Shown piece by piece: positions 7,100-17,406 of a DNA stretch of 64,000 bases. The number at the start of each line of letters is the position of its first letter. Positions within the stretch are counted from its first letter, which is position 1. The notes under the pieces are model-generated. The model did not search any database and was not told where the DNA came from. It was given only the letters and a program-made list of their open reading frames with translations. A program made the translations under genes and the position numbers. Source of the DNA: Halarcobacter sp. (GTDB lineage Bacteria > Campylobacterota > Campylobacteria > Campylobacterales > Arcobacteraceae); contig OY781089.1 of the NCBI GenBank assembly GCA_963676565.1, positions 2,912,001 through 2,976,000 on the forward strand, read 5' to 3'.

Positions 7100-8670
7100 A
7101 TACTATAAATAAAATAGATTTAAACATAGATAGAAGTGACATAGAACCTATTACTGATGTTATAACAATAAGAGATACAGAACAAAGAGTTTTAAATTAT
7201 ATGATGATTTCTTTAGAAAACTATAACTATATTAATGAAATATTAAAAGATGAAGATTTTACTTTTTTGACACATACAAAGATATTTCAATATTTATTTG
7301 AAGATAATGACCTTCTTCCAAAAGAGACAGTTTATAATAGATTTGAAATAAATGAGTTAGAAAAGTTCATAGATATGTTTGCTCGTCTTTTAGAAGATAA
7401 AGAAAATGTTAAATATACATCTACTCTTAAAATTCTTTCAAAAGAGCCAAGTTCAGATATAAAAAAAGACATAGAGTTTTTAAAACAATACTCATTTGAA
7501 AAGGCTGTTGCATTTAGTGGATTTAAAAGTGATTATGCCGTAATTGAAGTTGCATTTGAAGATTTAAACAGTTTTACAAGTGGTCATTTTTATCAAAATA
7601 GACTTTGTAGTATTTTTACTACAAATATAGAAGATATTCCAGAAGAACTTTGTGATACAGCAATTAATACAATTAAATTTTTAGAACAAATAGATTTAAA
7701 TGATTCTATTTATAGAGCATCATTTTCTCCTGTAGAAATAGAGACAGTTGGTATTACGAAGTTTTATATAGAAAAAAACTATCAATTATTAGAACAAAAA
7801 AGAGAAAAGAAAGAAGCCGCTTTTCAAAAGCTTTTTGATTGGGCAGATAAATATGAATTAGATGAAAAGACCTTTCCAAGAGACATTAATAAACTATTAA
7901 AAATGCAAGAACTTGAAATCAAAAATAAAAACATAAAAGAACTACCTAAAGAGCTTATCTTATTAGAGAGACTTTTTTTACTTGATCTTAGTTTTAATAA
8001 AATCAAAACTATCCCTAAAGAGTTTAAAGAATTTAAGCACTTAAAGTTTTTAAAATTACAATCAAATGAGATAGAAGAAGTACCATCTGAGTTGTTTGAG
8101 ATACAAAGTTTACTTTTTTTAGTTCTAAAGGAAAACAGTATCATATCACTGCCCTCAAATATCTCAAAATTAAGAAACCTAAAGCATTTATGTATATGCC
8201 AAAATAAAATAGAGTTTATTCCAGATGAGATAACTAAATTGAAAAAGCTTGAAGGGTTTTGTATGCATAGAAATAGATTAAGTTCTCTGCCTAATGATAT
8301 AGGTGAACTTATAAATCTTAATACCTTAACTTTTTCAAACAATTATATAGAAGAAATACCTCAAAGTATAATTAGACTTGAAAAGCTTGAGTCTTTAGAG
8401 TTTGAAAACAATAAAATAAATAATATAGATTTACAATTGATACGATTAAATAAACTAAATCAACTTGCACTTGATGATAAACTTCTTTTATCTATTTATG
8501 AACCTATTCGTACTTCAAAAAAGTTTGATACTATAAACTTAGTTGAATCAAAAATCAAAGAAGATTCAAGACCAATAAGAAATCTAAGCTTTAAAATTGA
8601 AACAGAGTCTTGGATAGATGAAATTGATAGAAGAAATAATGGATGTATTGTATTGAAAAAGACTGAGTAA
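7096..8670 (+). CDS. DnaB N-terminal-like domain fused to leucine-rich repeats
   Basis: EQRVLNYMM...ILKDEDFTFLTHTKIF resembles the DnaB NTD; about 8 LRRs of ~23 aa (LxxLxLxxNxIxxLP). Confidence 0.7.
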   Translation: MNTINKIDLNIDRSDIEPITDVITIRDTEQRVLNYMMISLENYNYINEILKDEDFTFLTHTKIFQYLFEDNDLLPKETVYNRFEINELEKFIDMFARLLEDKENVKYTSTLKILSKEPSSDIKKDIEFLKQYSFEKAVAFSGFKSDYAVIEVAFEDLNSFTSGHFYQNRLCSIFTTNIEDIPEELCDTAINTIKFLEQIDLNDSIYRASFSPVEIETVGITKFYIEKNYQLLEQKREKKEAAFQKLFDWADKYELDEKTFPRDINKLLKMQELEIKNKNIKELPKELILLERLFLLDLSFNKIKTIPKEFKEFKHLKFLKLQSNEIEEVPSELFEIQSLLFLVLKENSIISLPSNISKLRNLKHLCICQNKIEFIPDEITKLKKLEGFCMHRNRLSSLPNDIGELINLNTLTFSNNYIEEIPQSIIRLEKLESLEFENNKINNIDLQLIRLNKLNQLALDDKLLLSIYEPIRTSKKFDTINLVESKIKEDSRPIRNLSFKIETESWIDEIDRRNNGCIVLKKTE

Positions 8671-8828
8671 AGGTTCAATTGTTTCTCTTGTCAATCGGGC
8701 TCAATACCCGACCCAAATTTTTCATAGAATTATAAAGAATAGCCTAAAATTAGACATTGTAAGCTTGTGATTCTTTTTTAATTTATCACTAAAACATAAC
8801 AGAATCACAAGTAGAGCAAAAATTGATT

Positions 8829-8950
8829 TTATGCAGCATCATGTTCTTCTCTCAACTTACGTATATCTTTCCACTGACCTTTTCCAAAAACAAAAGGATT
8901 AATAGATATTCTCCAATACCAATTCTTTTAAGTAAGTAATCTAATGTCTC
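8829..8950 (-). pseudogene. Possible RepL-like replication protein remnant
   Basis: Across one frameshift: DYLLKRIGIGEY/INPFVFGKGQWKDIRKLREEHDAA*; family assigned from memory of the NPxxFGKGxWxDI motif. Confidence 0.4.
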
Positions 8951-9290
8951 TTTTACAATATTTATACTAATATTTTTTTAGTGATTTTTGAAAGACTTTC
9001 TTTTTAAGTTAACAAAATATTAGCAGTTTGAAAAAATTAGCCCACTGTGAAATCAAAAAACTTTACAAAATCAAACATATATAATTATTATATTATAAAA
9101 ATGTCCAAACGCAAGCTATTAATTATGTAGTTAAATTTCAAGAACTTCTTTACTTGGAGTTCCATCTCTATATTTTTTATCAGAGGAGCATACAAAGGAA
9201 TTTTATAAAACAGATTATTTAAAGTGTCTTCAATTCCTTTTATGTGACTTGCAAAAGAAAAAGTCCAATCTGTTTCAGTTGATGTAATTG

Positions 9291-12131
9291 TTATCTTTCA
9301 TAAAACTTCTCTACATACCCAACTATTTTATCAAGAACTCTTGGAACTATTTTCTTTCTTTCTAAATATTTAGGTTTTACATTTAAAGTTGCTGCAACAT
9401 CATTTGCTAAAGGTTTTCTTTGCTCATAAATGAATGTATCAATAACCTTTTCAACTTTGTCATTATCTAAATTTTCTTCAACACAAAGTTCATCTAATGC
9501 TTTACCTTTTTCAACATCCCAGAATTTTTCAAACTCTTCTTCTATATCTTCACTATTTTCAATTTTCATCAAGTTATCATTGATGAATCTTTCAATTAGC
9601 TCTCTTTTACTTCTAAGCTGTGGATTATTGTTAAGGATATTACTGATATTTTCTCTTTGTTTAGTTCTAACACCTTCATCTTCTGTCTCTTTATATTGTG
9701 CAAGTAGTTTTAAAATATAACCAACATTGATTTCATCTTTATGGATTAATTCCAGCTCAAAGTCAACATCATCTAAAATAGAAACTTTCTCTGTTCCTTC
9801 TCCATTTCCAGTCGAATGTTTTATCTGTTCATAAAGGTCAAGATATTTAGATTTATAATCTTCAAACATTTGCTCAGTCATTGATAAGTCTGACCATTTG
9901 AAGTCTGTAAATCCTTCTAAAATATTTTTAATTCTCATTAAGTTTCTAAATGCTTTAATAAACTCTAATTTAATATCTTCTCCCATTAAATTATCAATAC
10001 TACTAACACTTGGTACAATAGTGATTAGCTTTATAAATGCTTCATTGAATTTTTTAACATAAACCTCATATGGCTCCATAATGATGATTTCTTTTGCATC
10101 TTTGTTAGAGAACAATGCTATTGCATCATCAGTAGCTTTTTTCAAGTTCCTAAAACAAACTATATTTCCTTGCGATTTTTGTTCGTTCAAGATTCTATTT
10201 GTTCTACTATATGATTGAATTAAACCATGATATTTCAAGTTCTTATCTACATACAATGTGTTTAGTGTTTTACTATCAAATCCAGTTAAGAACATGTTTA
10301 CAACAAGTAAAATATCTACTTCTCTTTGCTTAACTCTTTTTGACATATCATTATAGTAGTTATAAAAGCTCTGAGAATCTTTTGTTGAGTATTTACATCC
10401 AAACATTTTATTGTAGTCTTCAATAAACTCATCAAGCTTTTCTCTACTATGTTTATTGATGTGCTCTTCATCTACATGAGCACCATCAGCTTCATCTAAA
10501 TCAATGATTCCATCAGCATCTTTATCATCTTCATTTGCACTATATGAAAAAATTGTTGCAATTTTTAAATTATGTTTTTTAGATTTAAAAGCTTCATAAT
10601 ATTTAATAAGCATATCTACAGAACTAACACACATCATAGCTGTGAACTCTTTACTATGAGTTTTTCTTCCATGATTAGCAATGATATAGTCAACTATCTT
10701 TTCAAGTCTATCTTGACTTTCAAGAAGCTCTTTTGTATCAATTGCTTCAACTTCAATATCAACATTAGTTGCACTTCCTTCTTTCTCTTTATATCTACCT
10801 ATATATTCAACAGAAAACTTAAGTACATTGTCATCATTAATTGCATCTGTTATCACATAACTATGTAGTTGTTCATCAAATAACTCTTTTGTAGTTCTTT
10901 TTCCCAACTTGTTTCCAGTTGCATTCTCAGCAAAAATTGGAGTACCTGTAAATCCAATCATCTGATTTTTTTCAAAGAATCTTGTAATGTTTAAATGTGT
11001 TTCTCCAAATTGTGACCTATGACACTCATCAAAGATAAAGACAATATGTTTATCTTTTAGTTTTTCCATTGATGATAAATATTGCTTTTTAGAAATTGCT
11101 GTGTTAAGTTTTTGAATAGTTGTAACTATTAATTTTGTATCATTACTAAACTGTTTCACTAATGCTTTTGTATTATCTGTTCCATCAACTGAACCGTCTG
11201 AAAAACTATTAAATTCTTTAGTAGTTTGATAATCTAAATCTTTTCTATCTACTACAAAAACTACTTTATAAACATTAGGAAGCTTCATAAGAATCTGAGC
11301 AGTTTTAAAAGAAGTTAGAGTTTTACCAGAACCTGTTGTGTGCCAAATATATCCATTTTTATTTGTTTCACTAACTCTATTGATAATAGCTTCAACAGCC
11401 CAAAATTGATAAGGTCTTAAAATCATTAATATTTTTGGAACTTCTGCTAAAACTATATATTTACATATCATTTTAGATAAGTGACATCTCTCTAAAAAAG
11501 TTTTTGTAAATTCTTCTAAGTTAGTGATATTTCTATTGGCTTTATCAGCCCAATAGAATGTTTGCTTGAATGATTGTTTTTTATTATTAGCGTAATACTT
11601 GGTATTAACACCATTTGATATAACAAATAGTTGAATATAGTTAAATAGAGCGTTATTAGCACCATAAGAATGTTTTTGGTATCTATTTATTTGATTGAAT
11701 GCTTCTTTTAATTCTAATCCTCTTCTTTTTAGCTCTATTTGAACTAATGGCAGACCATTTATTAAAATCGTAACATCGTATCTGTTTTTATATTTACCTT
11801 CAACAGTCACTTGAGATGTAACTTGAAATAGGTTTTGACACCAATGTTCAGAATCCAAGAACTCAATATATTTTGTAGTGCCATCATCACAAGGAAGAAC
11901 AAATCTATCTCTTAGAATTTTTGACTTTTCAAAGACATTTCCCTTATTTAGATGGTTTAAAACTCTTTTAAATTCTGTATCTGTAATAGTAGTTTTATTA
12001 TGCTTTTCAAGTTGAGATTTTAAGTTTTTTTCTAAATCTTTATCATCTTTAATAACTACTCTTTGATATTGATTCTGTTCAAGTTGCTTAATTAAGTTTT
12101 CTTCTAAGATTGCTTCTGATTGTTTACTCAT
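9291..12131 (-). CDS. hsdR: Type I restriction enzyme R subunit
   Basis: RYDVTILINGLPLVQIELK nuclease motif, WHTTGSGKT, DECHR, FTGTP, MFLTGFD, QSYSRTNR. Confidence 0.96.
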   Translation of the reverse strand: MSKQSEAILEENLIKQLEQNQYQRVVIKDDKDLEKNLKSQLEKHNKTTITDTEFKRVLNHLNKGNVFEKSKILRDRFVLPCDDGTTKYIEFLDSEHWCQNLFQVTSQVTVEGKYKNRYDVTILINGLPLVQIELKRRGLELKEAFNQINRYQKHSYGANNALFNYIQLFVISNGVNTKYYANNKKQSFKQTFYWADKANRNITNLEEFTKTFLERCHLSKMICKYIVLAEVPKILMILRPYQFWAVEAIINRVSETNKNGYIWHTTGSGKTLTSFKTAQILMKLPNVYKVVFVVDRKDLDYQTTKEFNSFSDGSVDGTDNTKALVKQFSNDTKLIVTTIQKLNTAISKKQYLSSMEKLKDKHIVFIFDECHRSQFGETHLNITRFFEKNQMIGFTGTPIFAENATGNKLGKRTTKELFDEQLHSYVITDAINDDNVLKFSVEYIGRYKEKEGSATNVDIEVEAIDTKELLESQDRLEKIVDYIIANHGRKTHSKEFTAMMCVSSVDMLIKYYEAFKSKKHNLKIATIFSYSANEDDKDADGIIDLDEADGAHVDEEHINKHSREKLDEFIEDYNKMFGCKYSTKDSQSFYNYYNDMSKRVKQREVDILLVVNMFLTGFDSKTLNTLYVDKNLKYHGLIQSYSRTNRILNEQKSQGNIVCFRNLKKATDDAIALFSNKDAKEIIIMEPYEVYVKKFNEAFIKLITIVPSVSSIDNLMGEDIKLEFIKAFRNLMRIKNILEGFTDFKWSDLSMTEQMFEDYKSKYLDLYEQIKHSTGNGEGTEKVSILDDVDFELELIHKDEINVGYILKLLAQYKETEDEGVRTKQRENISNILNNNPQLRSKRELIERFINDNLMKIENSEDIEEEFEKFWDVEKGKALDELCVEENLDNDKVEKVIDTFIYEQRKPLANDVAATLNVKPKYLERKKIVPRVLDKIVGYVEKFYER

Positions 12132-12141
12132 TTCACTCTCT

Positions 12142-14487
12142 TTATAGATTGACTTTTTTGATGGTTAATTTTTGCTCAGATATTTCTGATTTAAAAAAAT
12201 TAATTTTTTGTTTTTGATTTCTTTCTAATTCAGAAATTATTGGTTTTAGAATAGCTTCATTCTTGAATTTTAATCCAAAAGTTATAGATTCAATTTGTAA
12301 TGCAATTATATTTTTTTCAATAGCTTCATTAATGTCAAAAGTATAAGATATTTTTTGTTTTTCCCCATAATGTAATAATCTCACTTCTTTTTCATATTCC
12401 CAATCTTCTGATTTTACAGTCCAATATTCTATAATACTATCAAAAATTTCTTTTTCATCTAAATTTGTATTTTTATATTTTACTTCATCTTTCCCAACAT
12501 AGTTAGGTAAATATAAAAATTTATAGCCGACACATATACCTGTATGTTCTTGTGTATAATGTGACCACATTAATTTATTGTCATTTATTTGTGACAAAGA
12601 ACACAATTTAAAATTATTTTTATTTAAACTTAAATCCTTAAATTGTTTTTCTAAAGATTCAGATGCAACATCAAAAGGGTCATTTAACTGATTAGGGTTT
12701 GCAAAGTATAAATAGTTCTCTGTCAAACTTGATAATGCATTAATGGAAAAAGTTTGATATTTATATAGAGTTCTTGAAAAGTAAGTTGTTCTGGTGTCTT
12801 TTTGATATGAGTTATAAAATATAAAGTCTTTTATACTTTTATCAAACAATGTTTTTTTATCCTCTTTAGCAGTTTTTATTTTTACTAATAAAAGTTCAGC
12901 TTCTCCATCCAGATTCACAAGATATTTTTCTGCTAAATTAATTGACTTCTCAAGATATTTAATAGCTTTTTTGTATTTTTTATTTTTTTTCTTTGATTTT
13001 TTATAATATAGCTTCCCAAGTTCTAAATAATATTTTGGATTTTCATTTTCACTTTTTATTCGATTTTTAATGATAGTAATTCTTTTATTTAGTGAAATTG
13101 AATCATTAAAAGCTGATAAATAATAAAGTTTTCTATCCTCAGTAAGAATAATATTAAGTTTTTTGGATTGAATGTAAATTTCTTTAATTTTTTTTATATA
13201 TAGTTTATGAAGTTTCTTGCGATATGAACCAGTTAATTTTGTAAACTCATTATTATATTCAATATTTAATTTTTTGATATATTTTTGCATTTCATGATAC
13301 GAGGATAAGATTGTATAACTAAGTCCAAAAACATCATCCAATTCAAAATCTTTTTCATCAATTACTCTTTGATATGATTTCTTGATATAATTTCGTGTTA
13401 TTATATAGTTATTTAAAATATATAACAAATAAATATCTTTTTTTAATTCTTTATAATGATTACTAAGCTCATTAAGAATGCCACTAAGATGATTTATACT
13501 ATCTGTATATTTTTTATCAATATTTAACAGCTTTGCTTCATAAAATACTTTATGTTCTTTATGAATTTTAGACTTTTCTTTGTTTAGTATATATTTAACT
13601 TCATTGTACCCATTAAGTTTAAATAACTTTTCAATACCATCTTGCCAATTTCCTGAATGAAAATTACTATAATAATCTTTATAACATTGTATTGCTTTTT
13701 CAGTTTTATTTGTTTCTTCATAGCATTGACCTAATATAAAAAAGTCATTACTATTTTTATTATAATTATTTTTATAATATTCTATTGCTTTATCATATTT
13801 TTTTAGTTTAAAACAAACTTCCCCATAAGAAATATTATTAGTTTTAGATTTTCTTTCTTCATTATGATTAAAATATTTATATAGCCACTTGTAATCTTTT
13901 TTTTGTATATAGTAGTATAAATCACTTTGTTCTGTAGTCAATTTATATTGTTTTTTGAGTTGCTGAGAATCATCTAAGAATTCTTCTTTAAACCAAAGTT
14001 TATTAAGAAATCTTTGTACAGTATTGGTATCTAATGTATTTTTACGCAAAAAATCAAAACATTCTTTATTTTTTTTATCAATGAAAAGTATATAGAATTG
14101 TGCTTCTAAATTATTTTGATTTTCTTTTACTGATTTATTTAGTAGATGTTTAGATATATCATATTTATTAAACCATGTATAATGTTCTAAAGTTCTAAAG
14201 TTATTCTCTAAAAATAAATATAATTGTAAGTTAGTAACTGATTTGTCATTTTGGTTAATTTGTAATATCTGATTAAAATACTTATTTTTATTTTCTTGTA
14301 TCATTTTTATGGTAGTACGTTTTTTATGACTACTAACCCAACTCATTAAATCATATAAATAATAATAGAAAAACAAATATTCTTTATCTTCTAAAAAATC
14401 AGTTTTTAATTTTTGAATGTTTATTTGTGCTTCATAAAAATTTGATTCATACAAATTGTCAATAATCATTTTTTTTAATTCTTGCAT
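12142..14487 (-). CDS. TPR-repeat protein with C-terminal DUF2971 domain
   Basis: TPR-like helices (YGEVCFKLKKYDKAIEYY; LGQCYEETNKTEKAIQCY); C-terminal LYKY...LNDPFD...LMWSHY...GICV...WEYEKEVR. Confidence 0.8.
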   Translation of the reverse strand: MQELKKMIIDNLYESNFYEAQINIQKLKTDFLEDKEYLFFYYYLYDLMSWVSSHKKRTTIKMIQENKNKYFNQILQINQNDKSVTNLQLYLFLENNFRTLEHYTWFNKYDISKHLLNKSVKENQNNLEAQFYILFIDKKNKECFDFLRKNTLDTNTVQRFLNKLWFKEEFLDDSQQLKKQYKLTTEQSDLYYYIQKKDYKWLYKYFNHNEERKSKTNNISYGEVCFKLKKYDKAIEYYKNNYNKNSNDFFILGQCYEETNKTEKAIQCYKDYYSNFHSGNWQDGIEKLFKLNGYNEVKYILNKEKSKIHKEHKVFYEAKLLNIDKKYTDSINHLSGILNELSNHYKELKKDIYLLYILNNYIITRNYIKKSYQRVIDEKDFELDDVFGLSYTILSSYHEMQKYIKKLNIEYNNEFTKLTGSYRKKLHKLYIKKIKEIYIQSKKLNIILTEDRKLYYLSAFNDSISLNKRITIIKNRIKSENENPKYYLELGKLYYKKSKKKNKKYKKAIKYLEKSINLAEKYLVNLDGEAELLLVKIKTAKEDKKTLFDKSIKDFIFYNSYQKDTRTTYFSRTLYKYQTFSINALSSLTENYLYFANPNQLNDPFDVASESLEKQFKDLSLNKNNFKLCSLSQINDNKLMWSHYTQEHTGICVGYKFLYLPNYVGKDEVKYKNTNLDEKEIFDSIIEYWTVKSEDWEYEKEVRLLHYGEKQKISYTFDINEAIEKNIIALQIESITFGLKFKNEAILKPIISELERNQKQKINFFKSEISEQKLTIKKVNL

Positions 14488-14508
14488 AATATCTCTTTTT
14501 TATAATTT

Positions 14509-15723
14509 TTAAACAAACATCTGTTGTAAAAGAGCTTTTTTAAACTCTTTTGTTTTTTCTAATTCTGTTTTTGTAACTTCAATTTTTTTGTCAATTGAAG
14601 AAAGAAAGTTAGCTATACTTTTTTGTTCTTCAAGACAAGGTAAATCCCATTTCAATTTTAAAAAGTCTTTTTTACTCATAACCCTATTTCTTCCAGCCCC
14701 TCCAGGAGAAATTAAATCTAACATAACCTTAAGTTTTTTTTGAATAATTTGATATTTAAAATAATGAGAGTTAGTTATCTTATTTTCAAACGTATATGTT
14801 GGAAATCGATGGGATACTAAGCCTTTGTTATCTTCTTTTTTTACGATAGCAATTGCACCTTCCCATGCAAATGTGATGTTTACAATTAAATCATTCTCTT
14901 TTACAACATATAGTTTATCCATTACAATTTTATCTGGTTCAGAATTAGGCTTTTGAAATGTTCCTTTACAATGACTTTTTACACCTATTGCTAAATAGGG
15001 TTCTTTTGGTTTTTCTATTTCTCTGAAAGTAGGAATTAAAAAATCAATAAATGAATATTCTTTCCACTCTGGAAAGTCATTTCCATTCTTATCTTTAAAA
15101 CGAATTTCATGAGAAAAAAATTTTTGCATTACACTTTGTTTATATTTATCTAAAAGTTTTTCTTTTTTTGTAAGTTGCTCTATCTTTGTGTCAACTAAAG
15201 TTAAAAAAGAAGCTATTTTAATTTGTTCATTTTTTGAAGGAATATGAATTGAATCAATCAAAACTTTTTGATTATTAATTTTCATGTCATTTTTTGCACC
15301 CTTTTGAACCAAAGGCCTTAAATACTTATTTAGATTATCAGATAGAGAAAAATAGTGATCTAAAAAATTTGAGTCAATGCTATCTTTACATCTATATACT
15401 GCATATAAAGTAGATACAATTCCTTCATGTTTTTTATTTGCCTTAATAATTCCATATGGAGCTGTAGCCAAAGGACTTTTAGTGTAGACAATATCGTTTA
15501 ATCTTACTATTGGATAATTAGATACGGATTTCCCGGCATAAGACCTGCCTAAATGTTCTATTTGATTTACTAAACCAAATTGTTGAGATACTGAAAGTAC
15601 TTCATTTTTAGAAAAAATATTTTTAAGGTTTTTTTCTTTATGTTCAAATAACAATTGAGATAATTTTTGACTTACCCAGTCTTTACTAAATTCTTTAAAT
15701 CTCAATTTAGGTACATTACTCAT
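14509..15723 (-). CDS. hsdS: Type I R-M specificity subunit
   Basis: VPKLRFKEF, two TRDs, repeated P..EQ..IA.FL...D conserved regions, ends LLQQMFV. Confidence 0.95.
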   Translation of the reverse strand: MSNVPKLRFKEFSKDWVSQKLSQLLFEHKEKNLKNIFSKNEVLSVSQQFGLVNQIEHLGRSYAGKSVSNYPIVRLNDIVYTKSPLATAPYGIIKANKKHEGIVSTLYAVYRCKDSIDSNFLDHYFSLSDNLNKYLRPLVQKGAKNDMKINNQKVLIDSIHIPSKNEQIKIASFLTLVDTKIEQLTKKEKLLDKYKQSVMQKFFSHEIRFKDKNGNDFPEWKEYSFIDFLIPTFREIEKPKEPYLAIGVKSHCKGTFQKPNSEPDKIVMDKLYVVKENDLIVNITFAWEGAIAIVKKEDNKGLVSHRFPTYTFENKITNSHYFKYQIIQKKLKVMLDLISPGGAGRNRVMSKKDFLKLKWDLPCLEEQKSIANFLSSIDKKIEVTKTELEKTKEFKKALLQQMFV

Positions 15724-15732
15724 GATAATCTC

Positions 15733-17295
15733 CTAAAATGGTGTAGATATGTTTAGTTCTTTACAATATGAAGCTATTTCTTCATCTGTAACTTTCATAT
15801 CTACTTCTAAAGCTTTTAATTCATTTGAAACAGCATCTAAATCAATAGGTTCTTCTTCTTCAAATGTGTCAACATATCTTGGGATATTTAAATTATAATC
15901 GTTCTCTTTAATTTCTTCAATTGAAGCTAAGTGTGAATATTTATCTTCTTCAACTCTATCTCTGTAAGTAGATACAATCTTATCAATATCTTCTTCTCTT
16001 AAATAGTTTTGATTTTTTGCTTTATCAAAATGAGCTGATGCATCAATAAATAAAACATTATCACTATCTTCTCTACACTTTTTAAATACTAAAATACAAG
16101 TAGGAATAGAAGTACCATAAAAAATATTTGCTGGAAGTCCAATAACTGCATCTAAATAGTTTCTATCTTCTATTAGATATTTTCTTATATGTCCTTCTGC
16201 TGAACCTCTAAATAAAACCCCATGAGGTAATACAATAGCCATAGTTCCATTATCATCAAGATGATGAACCATATGTTGAACAAAAGCAAAGTCTGCTTTA
16301 CTTGAAGGTGCTAATTTACCATATTGAGAAAATCTATCATCATTCAAATGAAGTGGGTTTGCTGACCATTTAGCAGAGAACGGAGGATTCGCAACTATTG
16401 CTTCAAATCTTTCATTTTCATGTTGAGGATTCTCTAATGTATCTTCTTGTTTGATATCAAACTTTCTATAATGAACATCATGCATAATCATATTCATTCT
16501 TGCAAGGTTATAAGTAGTTCTATTTAACTCTTGACCATAGAAGTTAGATACATCTTTAACTTCTTTTGAAACCCTTAGAAGTAGTGACCCAGAGCCACAT
16601 GTAGGGTCGTACACAGATTTTAGTTTACTTTTTTTAGTAGTTACAATCTTTGCTAATATCTTTGAAACTTCTTGTGGTGTATAAAACTCTCCAGCTTTTT
16701 TACCTGCTCCAGCTGCAAATTGACCAATTAGATATTCATATGCATCTCCAAGAACATCTCTATCATGATTTTTTAATTCAAAGTTGATATTGTCTAAGTG
16801 ATATAAAACTTTTGAGATAAGTTTATTCTTTGATTCTTCAGTTCTACCAAGTTTTGTAGAAGTTAAATCTAAATCTTCAAATAAGTGTTCAAAATCATCT
16901 TCACTTGCATGACCCATTGTTGATTGTTCTATATGTCTAAGAACTTGTGTTAAGTCTTCTAAAATGAAGTTATCAGAATCTGCATTTCCTTTTTTAGCCA
17001 TATATTTAAATAATTCATTTGGCTTTAAAAAATATCCAAGTTGCTCAATACAATCTTCTTTTAATCCTTCAAGGAAGTCTTTACCATCTTCTGAATTCTC
17101 ATCAATCTCTGTAAATTTAATTCCATCTTCTGCTAATAATTCATTTGTAAAATCTTCAATTTTTTCAGAAAGATATTTATAGAAAATAAATCCAAGAATA
17201 TAATCTCTAAACTCATCAGCATCCATTTTACCTCTAAGTTCATTTGCTATATTCCATAATTGTTGCTCTAAAGCTTTTTTATTTTCTTCACCCAT
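15733..17295 (-). CDS. hsdM: Type I R-M methyltransferase subunit (m6A)
   Basis: GEFYTP, YDPTCGSGSLL, ANPPF, VLPHGVLFRG. Confidence 0.96.
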   Translation of the reverse strand: MGEENKKALEQQLWNIANELRGKMDADEFRDYILGFIFYKYLSEKIEDFTNELLAEDGIKFTEIDENSEDGKDFLEGLKEDCIEQLGYFLKPNELFKYMAKKGNADSDNFILEDLTQVLRHIEQSTMGHASEDDFEHLFEDLDLTSTKLGRTEESKNKLISKVLYHLDNINFELKNHDRDVLGDAYEYLIGQFAAGAGKKAGEFYTPQEVSKILAKIVTTKKSKLKSVYDPTCGSGSLLLRVSKEVKDVSNFYGQELNRTTYNLARMNMIMHDVHYRKFDIKQEDTLENPQHENERFEAIVANPPFSAKWSANPLHLNDDRFSQYGKLAPSSKADFAFVQHMVHHLDDNGTMAIVLPHGVLFRGSAEGHIRKYLIEDRNYLDAVIGLPANIFYGTSIPTCILVFKKCREDSDNVLFIDASAHFDKAKNQNYLREEDIDKIVSTYRDRVEEDKYSHLASIEEIKENDYNLNIPRYVDTFEEEEPIDLDAVSNELKALEVDMKVTDEEIASYCKELNISTPF

Positions 17296-17406
17296 TTTTT
17301 CGAATCCTTATGTGTCATATTTGTTTGTATTTTAAAGTAAATATTATACTACTTCGCTACTTCCATACCTGTTAAAATTATATAATCAGTAAATTACTTA
17401 AATAGG

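Noticed and set aside
8751..9123. Extra half-copies of the WYL-type operator (TAGACATT at 8751, TGTCCA at 9102)
   Set aside because: The second arm and the N10-TAnnnT spacing are missing.
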